Of a DNA stretch of 64,000 nt, positions 43,086-53,204 are shown piece after piece. Within the stretch, counting starts at the first letter, position 1; each line of letters begins with the position of its first letter. The position numbers and the translations under genes are program-made. Under the pieces are notes generated by a model. It saw only the letters and a program-made list of their open reading frames with translations, was not told where the DNA came from and did no database searches. Source of the DNA: Paracoccaceae bacterium (GTDB lineage Bacteria; Pseudomonadota; Alphaproteobacteria; Rhodobacterales; Rhodobacteraceae). The stretch spans positions 58,465-122,464 of the forward strand of contig JACVZW010000071.1 of NCBI GenBank assembly GCA_014654775.1, in the 5' to 3' direction.

Positions 43086-44552
43086 TCACTCCTTCCGCCC
43101 CTCGATATGCTTGCGCAGCCGAGACGGCGTGTGGAACTTCCGCTCCTTGAACGGGTTCTTGTCGGACTGGCTGCGGAACATGATGCGGATCGGCACCCCC
43201 GGCATCTCGAAATGGTCGCGCAACCCATTGACCAGATAGCGCTTATAGCTTTCGGGCACCTCGTCAGGGCGCGAGCACATGACCACGAAGCCCGGCGGCC
43301 GCGCCTTCACCTGCGTCATGTAGCGCAGCTTGATCCGGTGCCCGCCGGGGGCCGGCGGCGGATGCGCCTCGGTCATCGCGCCCAGCCAACTGTTCAGCCG
43401 CGCCGTGGTGATCCGCTTGTTCCAGACGTCATGCGCCCGGCAGATGGCATCGTGCAGACGGTCCAGCCCCCGCCCCGTCTTGGCCGACACCGTCACCAGC
43501 GGCGCGCCGCGCAGCTGTGGCAGAAGACGTTCGAACATCTCCTTGAGTTCGGCCAGCTTTTCCTGCTTTTCGTCCTCGAGGTCCCACTTGTTCACAGCGA
43601 TGACGACGGCGCGCCCCTCGGTCTCGGCATAGTCCGCGATGCGCAGATCCTGCGTCTCGAAGGGAATCTCCACATCCAGCAGGACGACCACCACCTCAGC
43701 AAAGCGCACAGCCCGCAGTCCATCTGCCACCGACAGCTTTTCCAGCTTCTCCACCACCCGCGCCTTCTTGCGCATACCCGCCGTGTCGAAGATGCGGATG
43801 GGCGTGCCCTGCCAATCGGCCCGGACAGAGATCGCATCCCGCGTGATCCCCGCCTCCGGCCCCGTCAACAGGCGATCTTCGCCGATGATCTTATTGATCA
43901 GGGTGGATTTTCCGGCATTGGGCCGCCCGATCACCGCGATCTGCAACGGTCGTTTGGCGGTCGGGCGATGGGCCGCCGGATCGACTTCTTCCTCGCCGAT
44001 CTCGCCCTCGATCTCCACTTCCGTCTCGGGCGTGTTGGCGGCCTCGCGCTCGGCGAACTCCTCGCGGAACGGGGTCAGGATGCGATAGAGGTCATCCATC
44101 CCCTCGCCATGCTCTGCAGACAGTCGCACCGGCTCGCCAAGACCCAGCGACCAAGCCTCCAGCGCGCCGCTATCCCCCGCCGCCCCTTCTGCCTTGTTCA
44201 CCCCCAGCACGACACGGGCATTCTTCTTGCGCAATATATCGGCAAAGACCTCGTCCGACGGCGTGACACCCACGCGCCCGTCGATCAGGAAAAGGCAGAC
44301 ATCCGCCAGTTCGACCGCCCGCTCGGTCAGCCGCCGCATGCGGCCCTGAAGGCTGTCATCGGTCACTTCCTCCAGCCCCGCCGTGTCGATCACGGTGAAG
44401 CGCAGGTCGTAAAGCCGCGCATCCCCCTCGCGCAGGTCGCGTGTAACGCCGGGCTGGTCATCGACCAGCGCCAGCTTCTTGCCGACCAGACGGTTGAACA
44501 GCGTGGATTTGCCCACATTGGGCCGCCCCACGATCGCAAGGGTAAAGCTCAT
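43086..44552 (-). CDS. der: Ribosome-associated GTPase Der (EngA)
   Basis: Two G domains ([12 protein letters not shown]; [12 protein letters not shown]) plus a KH-like C-terminus. Confidence 0.96.
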   Translation of the reverse strand: MSFTLAIVGRPNVGKSTLFNRLVGKKLALVDDQPGVTRDLREGDARLYDLRFTVIDTAGLEEVTDDSLQGRMRRLTERAVELADVCLFLIDGRVGVTPSDEVFADILRKKNARVVLGVNKAEGAAGDSGALEAWSLGLGEPVRLSAEHGEGMDDLYRILTPFREEFAEREAANTPETEVEIEGEIGEEEVDPAAHRPTAKRPLQIAVIGRPNAGKSTLINKIIGEDRLLTGPEAGITRDAISVRADWQGTPIRIFDTAGMRKKARVVEKLEKLSVADGLRAVRFAEVVVVLLDVEIPFETQDLRIADYAETEGRAVVIAVNKWDLEDEKQEKLAELKEMFERLLPQLRGAPLVTVSAKTGRGLDRLHDAICRAHDVWNKRITTARLNSWLGAMTEAHPPPAPGGHRIKLRYMTQVKARPPGFVVMCSRPDEVPESYKRYLVNGLRDHFEMPGVPIRIMFRSQSDKNPFKERKFHTPSRLRKHIEGRKE

Positions 44553-44600
44553 CGCCCGCTCCCGGTTTTCCGAAGGGGAACCCCTTACACGGGGTTGGCG

Positions 44601-45965
44601 TCAACGGAAAGCGTGAAGTTGCCCATTGCCGGACACCACATAAAGCGTCCCGCCCGCCAAGGCCGGGGGGGCCGAGGCACCTCCCGGAATCTCCGCCCCG
44701 CCCAGCAGCGCGCCGTCGACCGGGTTGAAGAGCCGCATCTGCCCATCGCCCGACACCACAACCAGCCGCCCGCCCGCCAGAACGGGGCCGAATTGCGGGA
44801 AAATCGCGATGCGCCGCTTGGGCTTTTCCTTTGTGAAATAGGGCATGTCGACCGCCCAGATCGCCTCGCCCGTCGCCGCATCCAGCCGCACCAGACGGTT
44901 CTCGTCATTTACAAGGAAAACCGATCCCCCCACCACCAGCGGCGGGTTCAGCGCGCCTTCAACGGCAGTCCAGATGCGTTCACCCGATGACGTGTCCACC
45001 GCCGCCGTCCGCCCCGAGGCGGTGCCGACATAGGTGACATCCCCAAGGATCACCGCATCCCCAGTGATATCCGTAAGGCCCGCATAGCCGCGCCCGACCC
45101 GCTGCCCGGTCACAGGTGCTTGCCACACCTGCAGCCCCGACACCTTGAGCGCCGCCGTGATCGACCCGTTTGTGAAGGGGAACAGCACAAGCTGATCCCC
45201 CACCGAAGGCGCGGCAGAGCCGAGGACGCCCGTCGCCCCCGCGGCCCCCGGCACGGTCCAGAGCACGCGCCCGGTATCCGCCGCGATGGCCCAGCCCGAT
45301 CCGTCACGCCCCGACACGTAGACCGTCCCGCCCGCCACGGCAGGGGCACCCGTCACCGGCGCATCCAGCCTTTGCCGCCACACCACCGCGCCCGTCGCCG
45401 CATCCAGCGCAACCAACTCGCCATAGGCCGTCGCGGCATAGACGCGCCCGCCTTGCGCCGCCAGACCACCGCCCGACACGCCACCGCCCCGGTCGAAATC
45501 CGCCGTCAGATCCGCGCGCCAGAGCACGCCACCCGCACTCGACGTCGCCTGCACCACCGATGCAGAGTCAAGCGTGAAGACCCGCCCACCCGCTACCACC
45601 GGGGCCGCGCTCACGCGGTTCTTGCGGCTGTTGCCTGCGCCGATCGACGCAGACCATACACGCGCCGGGGTCGCGGACAGCGCGCCATGCAGCGAGGCAT
45701 GGTTTGCGGAAGCACCGCGCATCCCCCAATCGGCATTGTTCACGGCGGCAGGAAGGGAAATCGGCTCGGCCCGGTTTTCCGGCCGGTCAGCCGGGGCGAC
45801 CGGTGCGGGTTGGCCCTCCACCGGAACCGAGGCCTCCAGATCGGCCCGCACAGGGAACCGCTCACCCGGCAGGATCAGTTCCCGCTCACACCCGGCCAGA
45901 ACCGTCACCACGGCCAGACCCGAGATCGTTCCCCACACCCTGCGCTTCACAGTCCCGGCCCCCAT
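44601..45965 (-). CDS. PQQ-like beta-propeller lipoprotein, BamB-like
   Basis: Lipobox VLAGC after MGAGTVKRRVWGTISGLAVV, then repeated propeller blades (..G.V.A.D..TG...W). It sits between the yfgM-like gene and der, as bamB usually does. Confidence 0.7.
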   Translation of the reverse strand: MGAGTVKRRVWGTISGLAVVTVLAGCERELILPGERFPVRADLEASVPVEGQPAPVAPADRPENRAEPISLPAAVNNADWGMRGASANHASLHGALSATPARVWSASIGAGNSRKNRVSAAPVVAGGRVFTLDSASVVQATSSAGGVLWRADLTADFDRGGGVSGGGLAAQGGRVYAATAYGELVALDAATGAVVWRQRLDAPVTGAPAVAGGTVYVSGRDGSGWAIAADTGRVLWTVPGAAGATGVLGSAAPSVGDQLVLFPFTNGSITAALKVSGLQVWQAPVTGQRVGRGYAGLTDITGDAVILGDVTYVGTASGRTAAVDTSSGERIWTAVEGALNPPLVVGGSVFLVNDENRLVRLDAATGEAIWAVDMPYFTKEKPKRRIAIFPQFGPVLAGGRLVVVSGDGQMRLFNPVDGALLGGAEIPGGASAPPALAGGTLYVVSGNGQLHAFR

Positions 45966-45996
45966 CTGTCGTTCCTTGCCGCCCTGCGTGGCACGG

Positions 45997-46683
45997 TCAG
46001 CCCGCATCGTCCTCTGTCGCCGCCTCCGACGGGACCGTGGCAGGTGCCACCTCGCCCCCCAGCGCGACGATCATCTGTTCCGCCCGCGCCCGCAGGCCGC
46101 CGGGCGATTCCTGATCGCTCAGCAGCGCTGTCAGCGCAGCCACCGCCTCATCCGTCTTGCCTTCTTCCACCAGAAGATAGGCCATCTGTTCCAGCGCCAT
46201 CGTCCGGAACGGCCGCCCCGGCGCGGCGATCGGGTCCAGCGCCGCGCGGCGCTCGGCCAGCGGCATCTCTGTCCCTGCGATCACCACCTTCCGCAGGGCG
46301 GCAAGGTCGCGATAGCTCGTCGGCATCGTCGTGTCATTGGCCAGCTTTTCCAGCGCGGCCAGAGCGCCCGCCCGATCCGCGACCGGATCCGAGGCCAGCA
46401 AAAGGTTCAGGATCGCCACCTGTTCGCCATCCACCGGGATCGTCGCCAGCTGCGCCACCCGATCCTCAGGCGCCCCCAGATCAAGCGCATCCAGAACCGC
46501 ATCGCCAAAGGCTTCTGCCCGCGCTTCGGCCTGTGCACGCTGCCATTCGGTCCAGCCCGCACCACCGACCACGCCAATCACCAGCAGGACACCAATCCAG
46601 CCGTATTTCCGCATCAAGGCGAACAGCCTGTCGCGGCGGACCTCTTCGGTCACCTCGTCGATGAAGCTGTCGGGGTTGCTCAC
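45997..46683 (-). CDS. YfgM-like TPR-fold membrane-anchored protein
   Basis: FIDEVTEEVRRDRLF..., a single TM helix, then a helical domain. GTG 46683 is preceded by GGAGAGG. Conserved neighbourhood with the bamB-like gene and der. Confidence 0.55.
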   Translation of the reverse strand: MSNPDSFIDEVTEEVRRDRLFALMRKYGWIGVLLVIGVVGGAGWTEWQRAQAEARAEAFGDAVLDALDLGAPEDRVAQLATIPVDGEQVAILNLLLASDPVADRAGALAALEKLANDTTMPTSYRDLAALRKVVIAGTEMPLAERRAALDPIAAPGRPFRTMALEQMAYLLVEEGKTDEAVAALTALLSDQESPGGLRARAEQMIVALGGEVAPATVPSEAATEDDAG

Positions 46684-46770
46684 GGGCCTCTCCACATTCT
46701 TTTGCACCGTCTTACACGCAAGCGGGAAGCCTTGCCAAGCCCTGCCCCCTCCGCCCATAGGCGGCGACGG

Positions 46771-48609
46771 TCATTCCGCCGCCAAAGTCTCGTCCTCTTC
46801 GGAAGATTGCCGCGCCCACATCGCGGCATAGCGCCCGCCCTGCGCCAGCAGGACCTCATGCGTGCCCTGCTCCACGATCTCGCCCGCCTCCAGCACGACG
46901 ATCTGGTCGGCATCGGCGATGGTCGACAGGCGATGCGCGATGGTGATCACCGTACGCCCCTGCCCCATCTCGCGCAGACTGTCCTGAATGTCCCGCTCCG
47001 TCTGGGTATCAAGCGCGGAGGTCGCCTCGTCGAGGATCAGGATTGGCGGGTCCTTCAACAGCGTGCGCGCGATGCCCACCCGCTGCTTTTCACCGCCCGA
47101 CAGCTTCAATCCCCGCTCACCCACCTTCGTTTCATAGCCTTCGGGAAGCGACACGATGAAATCATGGATCTTCGCGGCCTTTGCTGCCGCCACGATGTCC
47201 TCTTCGGTCGCCCCGTCCCGGCCATAGGCGATGTTGTAGCGCACAGTGTCGTTGAACAGCACCGTATCCTGCGGCACCACCCCGATCTGGGCATGGATGG
47301 AGCTTTGCGTCACATCCCGCAAATCCTGACCGTCGATCCGGATCGCGCCCCCGTTCACGTCGTAAAAGCGGAACATCAGCCGCCCGATGGTGGACTTCCC
47401 CGATCCCGACGGCCCGACCAGCGCATAGCGCTGTCCCGCCGGAACAGAAAGGCTGATCCCCTTCAGGATTGGCCGCGCTGCGTCATAGCCGAAATCCACG
47501 CGGTCAAACTCCACCGCGCCGCCCCGCACCACCAGCGCAGGCGCCCCGGGCTTGTCCACCACCTCTGCCGGTTGGCCCAGCAGTCCAAACATCTCGCCCA
47601 TATCCACCAGCGCCTGCCGGATTTCCCGATAGACCGTGCCGAGGAAGTTCAGCGGCATCGTGATCTGGATCATGTAGGCATTGACCATGACGAAATCGCC
47701 AACGGTCAACCCGCCCCGCTGCACCCCCATCGCCGCCATCGCCATCACCGCGACAAGGCCCGACGTGATCAGCAGCGCTTGCCCCCCGTTCAGGAAGGAC
47801 AGGCTCAGCCCCGTCTTGACCGCCGCCACCTCATAGCGCTGCATGGCGCGGTCATAGCGCGCCGCCTCGCGGGTTTCGGCGTTGAAATACTTCACCGTCT
47901 CATAGTTCAGCAGACTGTCGATCGCCTTCTGATTGGCGTCCGTATCCTGATCGTTCATCTCGCGGCGGATCTTCACCCGCCATTCCGTCACGGCCAGCGT
48001 GAACCAGACATAAAGCGTGATCACCCCCACCACGACCAGCATGTAGGACATGCCGAAGACCGTGGCGAAAATCACCGCCACCATCGCCAGTTCAAGGATC
48101 AGCGGCCCGATGGAAAACAGCATGAAGCGCAGCAGGAAGTCGACGCCCTTCACACCACGCTCGATGATCCGGCTGAGCCCACCCGTTTTCCGCGTGATGT
48201 GATAGCGCAGCGACAGGCGGTGAATATGGGTGAACGTCTCCAGCGCCAGCCGCCGCAGCGCCCGCTGACCCACCCGCACGAAGATCGCGTCCCGCAATTC
48301 CTGAAAGGCCACAGTCCCCAGTCGCGCCATGCCATAGGCCACGGTCAGGCCCACGGCCGTCAGGCCCAGCAGGGTGCCTGTATCCGGCGTCTCGCCCGCC
48401 AGCGCATCCACCGCCTGCTTGTAGAAATACGGGGTAGAGACCGAGACGAGCTTTGCAGCAACCAGCATGAGCAGGGCCGCAACCACCCGCCGCTTCACCC
48501 AAGCCTCGCCCTCGGGCCAGAGATAGGGCAGCACCCGGCGGATCGTGTTCAAACCGCTGGCAGGCTTTTCCACGGTGTCTTCTGCGGAACGGACAGGGCT
48601 CTTGCGCAT
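46771..48609 (-). CDS. ABC transporter permease/ATPase fusion, Atm1/ABCB-like exporter
   Basis: Six TM helices plus an NBD (GPSGSGKST, LSGGEKQRVGIAR, ILILDEATSALD). Confidence 0.85.
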   Translation of the reverse strand: MRKSPVRSAEDTVEKPASGLNTIRRVLPYLWPEGEAWVKRRVVAALLMLVAAKLVSVSTPYFYKQAVDALAGETPDTGTLLGLTAVGLTVAYGMARLGTVAFQELRDAIFVRVGQRALRRLALETFTHIHRLSLRYHITRKTGGLSRIIERGVKGVDFLLRFMLFSIGPLILELAMVAVIFATVFGMSYMLVVVGVITLYVWFTLAVTEWRVKIRREMNDQDTDANQKAIDSLLNYETVKYFNAETREAARYDRAMQRYEVAAVKTGLSLSFLNGGQALLITSGLVAVMAMAAMGVQRGGLTVGDFVMVNAYMIQITMPLNFLGTVYREIRQALVDMGEMFGLLGQPAEVVDKPGAPALVVRGGAVEFDRVDFGYDAARPILKGISLSVPAGQRYALVGPSGSGKSTIGRLMFRFYDVNGGAIRIDGQDLRDVTQSSIHAQIGVVPQDTVLFNDTVRYNIAYGRDGATEEDIVAAAKAAKIHDFIVSLPEGYETKVGERGLKLSGGEKQRVGIARTLLKDPPILILDEATSALDTQTERDIQDSLREMGQGRTVITIAHRLSTIADADQIVVLEAGEIVEQGTHEVLLAQGGRYAAMWARQSSEEDETLAAE

Positions 48610-48700
48610 GGTGGGACGTCCTTTCGACGCCCTACCTAAGCCGCTTTGGCGGGACGCACCAGAGGCCGCAACGCAGCCCCCTCTGTGCGTCCCTGCGCGT

Positions 48701-50194
48701 TCACTCCGCCGCCGGAATGGTGAAGACCTGCCCCGGATAGATCAGGTCCGGATCGCGGATCTGGTCCTTGTTCGCCTCGAAGACATGCACATAGCGAATG
48801 CCATCGCCCAGATTCTCGGTCGCGATCCGCCACAGGGTAAAGCCCGGCTGCACTGTGACGGTCGTCGGGCTGACGACAGTCGGTTCACCCGCTGCCTCGG
48901 TCCCGGCTTCTGACGAGGATATGTCGCCGTCGGTCGCCGCCGTTTCGCTCTGCCCCGTCTGCGCGGATGTGGCTTGCGTTTCCTCCGCTGCAGTCTCTGC
49001 CGCACCAGAGGCAGCGGCCAACGCCTCCACCGTCTCTCGCTTGAAAGGCGTCTCGAAGCGGCTTGTCACCTTGCCGGTGCCATCCAGCTGATCGGCACGC
49101 AGCACATAGACCCCCGGCGCCACCTCTGGCAGCGTCACCGCCCAGTCGCCCGTGGCCCCGATCGGCGTCTCGGCCACCTGTGCATTGTCGAGGTAAAGAC
49201 GCACCACCCGCTCTGCCGTTCCGCGCCCGGCCAGTTGGACGTCACCCGCATCGGTATAGGTGATCGTGTCGATGGTGACATTCGCCACCAGCTCCGGCGA
49301 CACTTCCGCCGCTGATTGCAGCACCTTCGCCCCGTCCTCCGTCACCAGCAGCGCAGCGGGGGCCTCGGCCACCGGTTCTGCCACAGGCTCGGCCGCAGGT
49401 TCCGCAGCGGCCACCTCCGCGTCGGCCACCGCCTCGCCCGTCGCCTCTATGGCCTCCGGAACCTCGGCCACGACGGCGGGTGCGACGGTCGGCCCGATCA
49501 CCACGGTCGCATCGGCAGGCACCACCGTGCCATCCGCCAGCGCCATGCTCATAGACAGAACGCGGGGCGCGGCACTGGGTGCAAGGTTGAACATCGCCAC
49601 GAACTTGCCCTGACCATCGGCAGGCACGGCAGCCAGTTCCGCGCCCGTGACGCGCAGCGACACGCTCGCCCCCGGGGCGGCCGATCCGGCCACCAGCGCC
49701 GATCCGTCCTTCTCCACCCGCACAAGGTCAAAGCTCGGCGGGGGCGGCGCAGGCGCCTCCGGCGCGGCCTCTGCGACCTCCGCCTCGGCAGGTGCAGTGT
49801 CGGCTGCGGCCTCGGTCTCGGTCTCGGGCGCGGGCTCGGCCGCCGTACCCTCTTCTGCCACGGTCGCAGCCTCGGTCGTCGGCTCGGCCTCGCCCGACGG
49901 CGCCGCCTCTTCCGCAGACGCATCCGGTGCCTCGACCGCCGACGCTGCCTCTTCTGCCGCAGGCTCCGCCGCCGCGGCATCCGCCTCGGGCGCGCTTGCC
50001 GGAGCCGTCTCTGCCGACCCCTCTGCCGCCCCTTCAGGCTCCGCTTGCGTGCCCGTTGCCGTCACGACCGCCTCCTCCACGACAGGCGGACGGCTCACCG
50101 TCCATGCCCCGTAGAACAGCGCCGCGATCACCGTACCCACGACAGCCACAACGCCACCGCGCCCAGCCGATCCCATTTCCGCCCAAGACTTCAT
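48701..50194 (-). CDS. LysM domain protein with a long Ala/Glu/Pro-rich region
   Basis: N-terminal TM helix, low-complexity AEP-rich repeats, and a C-terminal LysM (VQPGFTLWRIATENLGDGIRYVHVFEANKDQIRDPDLIYPGQVFTIP). Confidence 0.7.
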   Translation of the reverse strand: MKSWAEMGSAGRGGVVAVVGTVIAALFYGAWTVSRPPVVEEAVVTATGTQAEPEGAAEGSAETAPASAPEADAAAAEPAAEEAASAVEAPDASAEEAAPSGEAEPTTEAATVAEEGTAAEPAPETETEAAADTAPAEAEVAEAAPEAPAPPPPSFDLVRVEKDGSALVAGSAAPGASVSLRVTGAELAAVPADGQGKFVAMFNLAPSAAPRVLSMSMALADGTVVPADATVVIGPTVAPAVVAEVPEAIEATGEAVADAEVAAAEPAAEPVAEPVAEAPAALLVTEDGAKVLQSAAEVSPELVANVTIDTITYTDAGDVQLAGRGTAERVVRLYLDNAQVAETPIGATGDWAVTLPEVAPGVYVLRADQLDGTGKVTSRFETPFKRETVEALAAASGAAETAAEETQATSAQTGQSETAATDGDISSSEAGTEAAGEPTVVSPTTVTVQPGFTLWRIATENLGDGIRYVHVFEANKDQIRDPDLIYPGQVFTIPAAE

Positions 50195-50299
50195 CCCGAC
50201 TCCCCGAAATCGGGGCCTGTTCCCGGCCCCTTCTTCCCTTAACTCTCCAAGCCCGATAACACGTATGTACAGATCAGCCCATAGCCCGAAAGCAGGTCC

Positions 50300-50854
50300 A
50301 TGTCCGCGTTTCGTTCCATCTGTGTCTTCTGCGGCTCACGCTCCGGGGTGCGCCCCGCCTATGCTGCAGCTGCCCGCGACTTTGGACAGGCCATCGCGGC
50401 CGAGGGCTGGCGCCTTGTCTACGGTGCGGGCGACGTGGGTCTGATGGGCGAGGTGGCGCGCGCCGCGCAACTGGCAGGCGCCCGCACCATGGGCGTCATC
50501 CCCACCCATCTGATGGCCCACGAACAAGGGCGCCGAGACCTGTCGCAACTGGTGATCACCGAAGACATGCATGAACGCAAGAAGGTGATGTTCATGAATT
50601 CCGACGCCATCGTCGTCCTGCCGGGTGGGGCCGGATCGCTGGATGAATTCTTCGAAGTGCTTACCTGGCGGCAGATCGGCCTACATTCCAAGCCGATCTT
50701 CCTTCTCGATACCGAAGGCTACTGGCAGCCCCTCACCAGCCTCGCCCGCCACGTCATCACCGAAGGCTTCGCCGAAGCCCCGCTGCTCGACTACTACAGC
50801 ACGGTTCCGGACGTGCGATCACTGGTCGTGGCATTGCGCGCGGCCCTTTCCTGA
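50300..50854 (+). CDS. LOG family (TIGR00730) nucleotide 5'-monophosphate nucleosidase
   Basis: ICVFCGS..., GGG.GLMG-like segment, and the PGGAGSLDEFFE motif. Confidence 0.8.
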   Translation: MSAFRSICVFCGSRSGVRPAYAAAARDFGQAIAAEGWRLVYGAGDVGLMGEVARAAQLAGARTMGVIPTHLMAHEQGRRDLSQLVITEDMHERKKVMFMNSDAIVVLPGGAGSLDEFFEVLTWRQIGLHSKPIFLLDTEGYWQPLTSLARHVITEGFAEAPLLDYYSTVPDVRSLVVALRAALS

Positions 50855-51714
50855 CGCCACCCCTCCAGCGAGTAAAGCGCAAGCGCCCCCCAGATCAAGG
50901 CGAAGGCCGCCCCGTGCCAGCCCGTGAAAGGCTCGCGGAACACCAGCACCGCCGAGACCGCCTGCAGCGTGGGGTTCAGATATTGCACAAGCCCCAGCGT
51001 CGACAGACGCACCCGCTGCGCGCCCCATGAAAACAGGATCAGCGGCCCCCCGGTGATCAGCCCAGACAAGGGCAGCATCGCGGTGACAAAGGCATCCTGA
51101 CCAAAGTGCCCGCCTGCCACGACCCCGCCATGCGCCAAGGCCAGCCAAAGCACCGCCAGCGGCAGCAAAAGCATCACCTCCGCCGTGACCGACACCGCCG
51201 CCCCCGCCGCCATCTGCTTCTTGATCAGCATGTAGGGCGCAAAGGAAAAGGCCAACGCCAGCGCCACCCATGGCGCGACCCCCAACCCATAAGTCAGAAC
51301 GATGACCGCCCCAGCGGCCAATCCGACCGCCAACCCCTGCCCCCGCGTCAGCCGCTCGTCCAGCACCAGCACGCCCAGCACCACCGTCACCAGCGGGAAG
51401 ATGTAGTAGCCAAGGCTGGCCTGCACCGCATGGCCGGACTGTATGGCCCAGATGAACAGGCCCCAGTTCACCGCGACGATCCCCGCCGCCAGCCAGACGC
51501 GGCCCCGCACTGGCCCCCGCAGCAGCGCGACCGCCCCGCCGAACCGCCCCTGCACCGCAAGCAGGATCCCAAAGAAGACAAAGGTCCAGACCGTGCGATG
51601 CGCCAGCATCTCCAGCGGCGGCACCGTGGCAAGCGCCTTGTAATACAGCGTGGCCAGCCCCCAGATCGTGCAGGCCGCCACGATTGCCAAGATCCCTTTG
51701 CCGGCGTCAGTCAT
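50794..51714 (-). CDS. rarD: RarD-like EamA family permease
   Basis: MTDAGKGILAIVAACTIWGLATLYYK start typical of RarD, 10 TM helices. Start at ATG 51714. The 3' end overlaps the LOG gene by 61 nt. Confidence 0.75.
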   Translation of the reverse strand: MTDAGKGILAIVAACTIWGLATLYYKALATVPPLEMLAHRTVWTFVFFGILLAVQGRFGGAVALLRGPVRGRVWLAAGIVAVNWGLFIWAIQSGHAVQASLGYYIFPLVTVVLGVLVLDERLTRGQGLAVGLAAGAVIVLTYGLGVAPWVALALAFSFAPYMLIKKQMAAGAAVSVTAEVMLLLPLAVLWLALAHGGVVAGGHFGQDAFVTAMLPLSGLITGGPLILFSWGAQRVRLSTLGLVQYLNPTLQAVSAVLVFREPFTGWHGAAFALIWGALALYSLEGWRQERAARNATTSDRTSGTVL

Positions 51715-51839
51715 GCGCGGCCGCCTCCCTGCGACCCTGGCCTTCCTCGCATTCCGCCCCGCCCACGGCAAGCCATCCCTGCAAAGGACAAGGCCCGCCG
51801 CATCCCTGCAGCGGGCCTTGCCAACACCGTCAACGACGA

Positions 51840-52442
51840 TCAGAGCTTCGCGGCAACCGCTTCCCAGTTCACCAGCTTCTCGAGGAAGTTGGTCAGATAG
51901 GCCGGGCGCTTGTTGCGGAAGTCGATGTAGTAGGAATGCTCCCACACGTCGCAGCCCAAAAGCGCGGTTTGGCCAAAGCAAAGCGGGTTCACCCCGTTCT
52001 CCGTCTTGGTCACCTTCAGCGCGCCGTCCTTGTCCTTCACCAGCCAAGCCCAGCCGCTGCCGAACTGGCCTGCACCCGCGGCGGAAAAGTCCTCCTTGAA
52101 CTTCGCCACCGACCCGAAGGCCTCCACCAGCGCCTTCTCAAGGCTGCCCGGCATCTTCTTGTCCTCGCCCGGACCCATCACTTCCCAGAACAGGTTGTGG
52201 TTCCAATGCTGCGAGGCGTTGTTGAAGATGCCGTTCTGCGCCACAGCGCCCGCCTGATACGTGCCGACGACGATCTCATCCAGCGACTTGCTTTCCCACT
52301 CGGTCCCGGCGATCAGCTTGTTGCCGTTGTCGACATAGGCCTTGTGGTGCAGGTCGTGGTGATATTCGAGCGTCTCCTTCGACATGCCGAGCGCGGCAAG
52401 CGCATCATGGGCATAGGGAAGGTCGGGAAGCGTGAAAGCCAT
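51840..52442 (-). CDS. sodB: Fe/Mn superoxide dismutase
   Basis: MAFTLPDLPYAHDAL...HH..HH..Y...DVWEHSYY. Start at ATG 52442. Confidence 0.95.
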   Translation of the reverse strand: MAFTLPDLPYAHDALAALGMSKETLEYHHDLHHKAYVDNGNKLIAGTEWESKSLDEIVVGTYQAGAVAQNGIFNNASQHWNHNLFWEVMGPGEDKKMPGSLEKALVEAFGSVAKFKEDFSAAGAGQFGSGWAWLVKDKDGALKVTKTENGVNPLCFGQTALLGCDVWEHSYYIDFRNKRPAYLTNFLEKLVNWEAVAAKL

Positions 52443-52574
52443 GGGAGTGCTCCTCTCTGTTCGCGTGTTCACGGGATGGCGCAGATAAGATGCCTCGCGC
52501 CGCCAAGGTCAAGGCCGAAAGCAGAGTTTTCCCGGTGATGACATTCTGCCGGGGTCGAAGAAAACCAGCCAAGC

Positions 52575-52632
52575 CCTTCATTTTCTGTCTGAAAATATCC
52601 CACGGGGTCCGGAGGTGTGAAACCCCCGGCTC
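52575..52632 (+). repeat. Intergenic repeat family A, divergent short copy A5
   Basis: CTTCATTTTCTGTCTGAAAATATCCCACGGGGTCCGGAGGTGTGAAACCCCCGGC shares the head TTCTGTC..AAAATATCC with A1-A4. Confidence 0.6.
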
Positions 52633-52652
52633 TGGCCACAGGCCCGACGCTT

Positions 52653-53204
52653 TCAGTAAAGCTCTGACCCCAGCTTCGCACTCGTCGCCAGCAGGTCAAA
52701 GACATAGCGCGCCACCGACCGGAAACAGACAAGCGTGTAGCCCTCGCCCTCCTTCCAGAAGGCCGCGGCCACCTGTGCGGCCCGTGTCCGGCGCAACTCG
52801 CCCGGCTCCAGCCGTGCGAAGTCGACGGGTGACAGCTTTGCCAGCACCTCTTCCGCCTTTGCCCCCTCGATCCGGAACACCGCCCGCGCGTCCGACACGT
52901 CCACGGCCAGATGGTGCTCCTTGCCCATGGTCTTCGCCACGGCTGCAAGTGCGTCCGGAACAGCCTTGTATGGCATCACAAGAAGATACTCGTCCGGGCT
53001 CATCCAGCCACAGGCGCGGTCCCCCTCCACCACGACCCGCCGCAGGGCGGGCAGGCCCGTCCCCACCGCCGCCTTGATCGCCTTCGGCAACGCCTTCACA
53101 TCGGCCTTGCAGCGCAACGTGACCATGCCCAGCGGCCCGATCTCGCGGATGGAGACAAAACCGTCCGACACCGCCCCGTTCAACGCGCTCATGGGTTCAG
53201 ACAT
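52653..53204 (-). CDS. soxG: Sarcosine oxidase gamma subunit
   Basis: Last gene of the soxBDAG order, about 183 aa, matching the gamma subunit in size and position. Start at ATG 53204, overlapping the soxA end. Confidence 0.8.
   Translation of the reverse strand: MSEPMSALNGAVSDGFVSIREIGPLGMVTLRCKADVKALPKAIKAAVGTGLPALRRVVVEGDRACGWMSPDEYLLVMPYKAVPDALAAVAKTMGKEHHLAVDVSDARAVFRIEGAKAEEVLAKLSPVDFARLEPGELRRTRAAQVAAAFWKEGEGYTLVCFRSVARYVFDLLATSAKLGSELY

Noticed and set aside
45574-48639. 1021-aa plus-strand ORF (and similar giants at 29531-31945, 42537-44990, 53986-56214, 56277-58457, 17087-19030, 13825-15582, 6965-8953).
   Set aside because: Their Arg/Pro/Gly/His-rich, low-complexity translations lie antisense to or out of frame with clearly recognisable genes (ABC transporter, acnA, der, soxA, soxB, glnA, tig, fabD). 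These are typical stop-poor shadow frames in high-G+C DNA.
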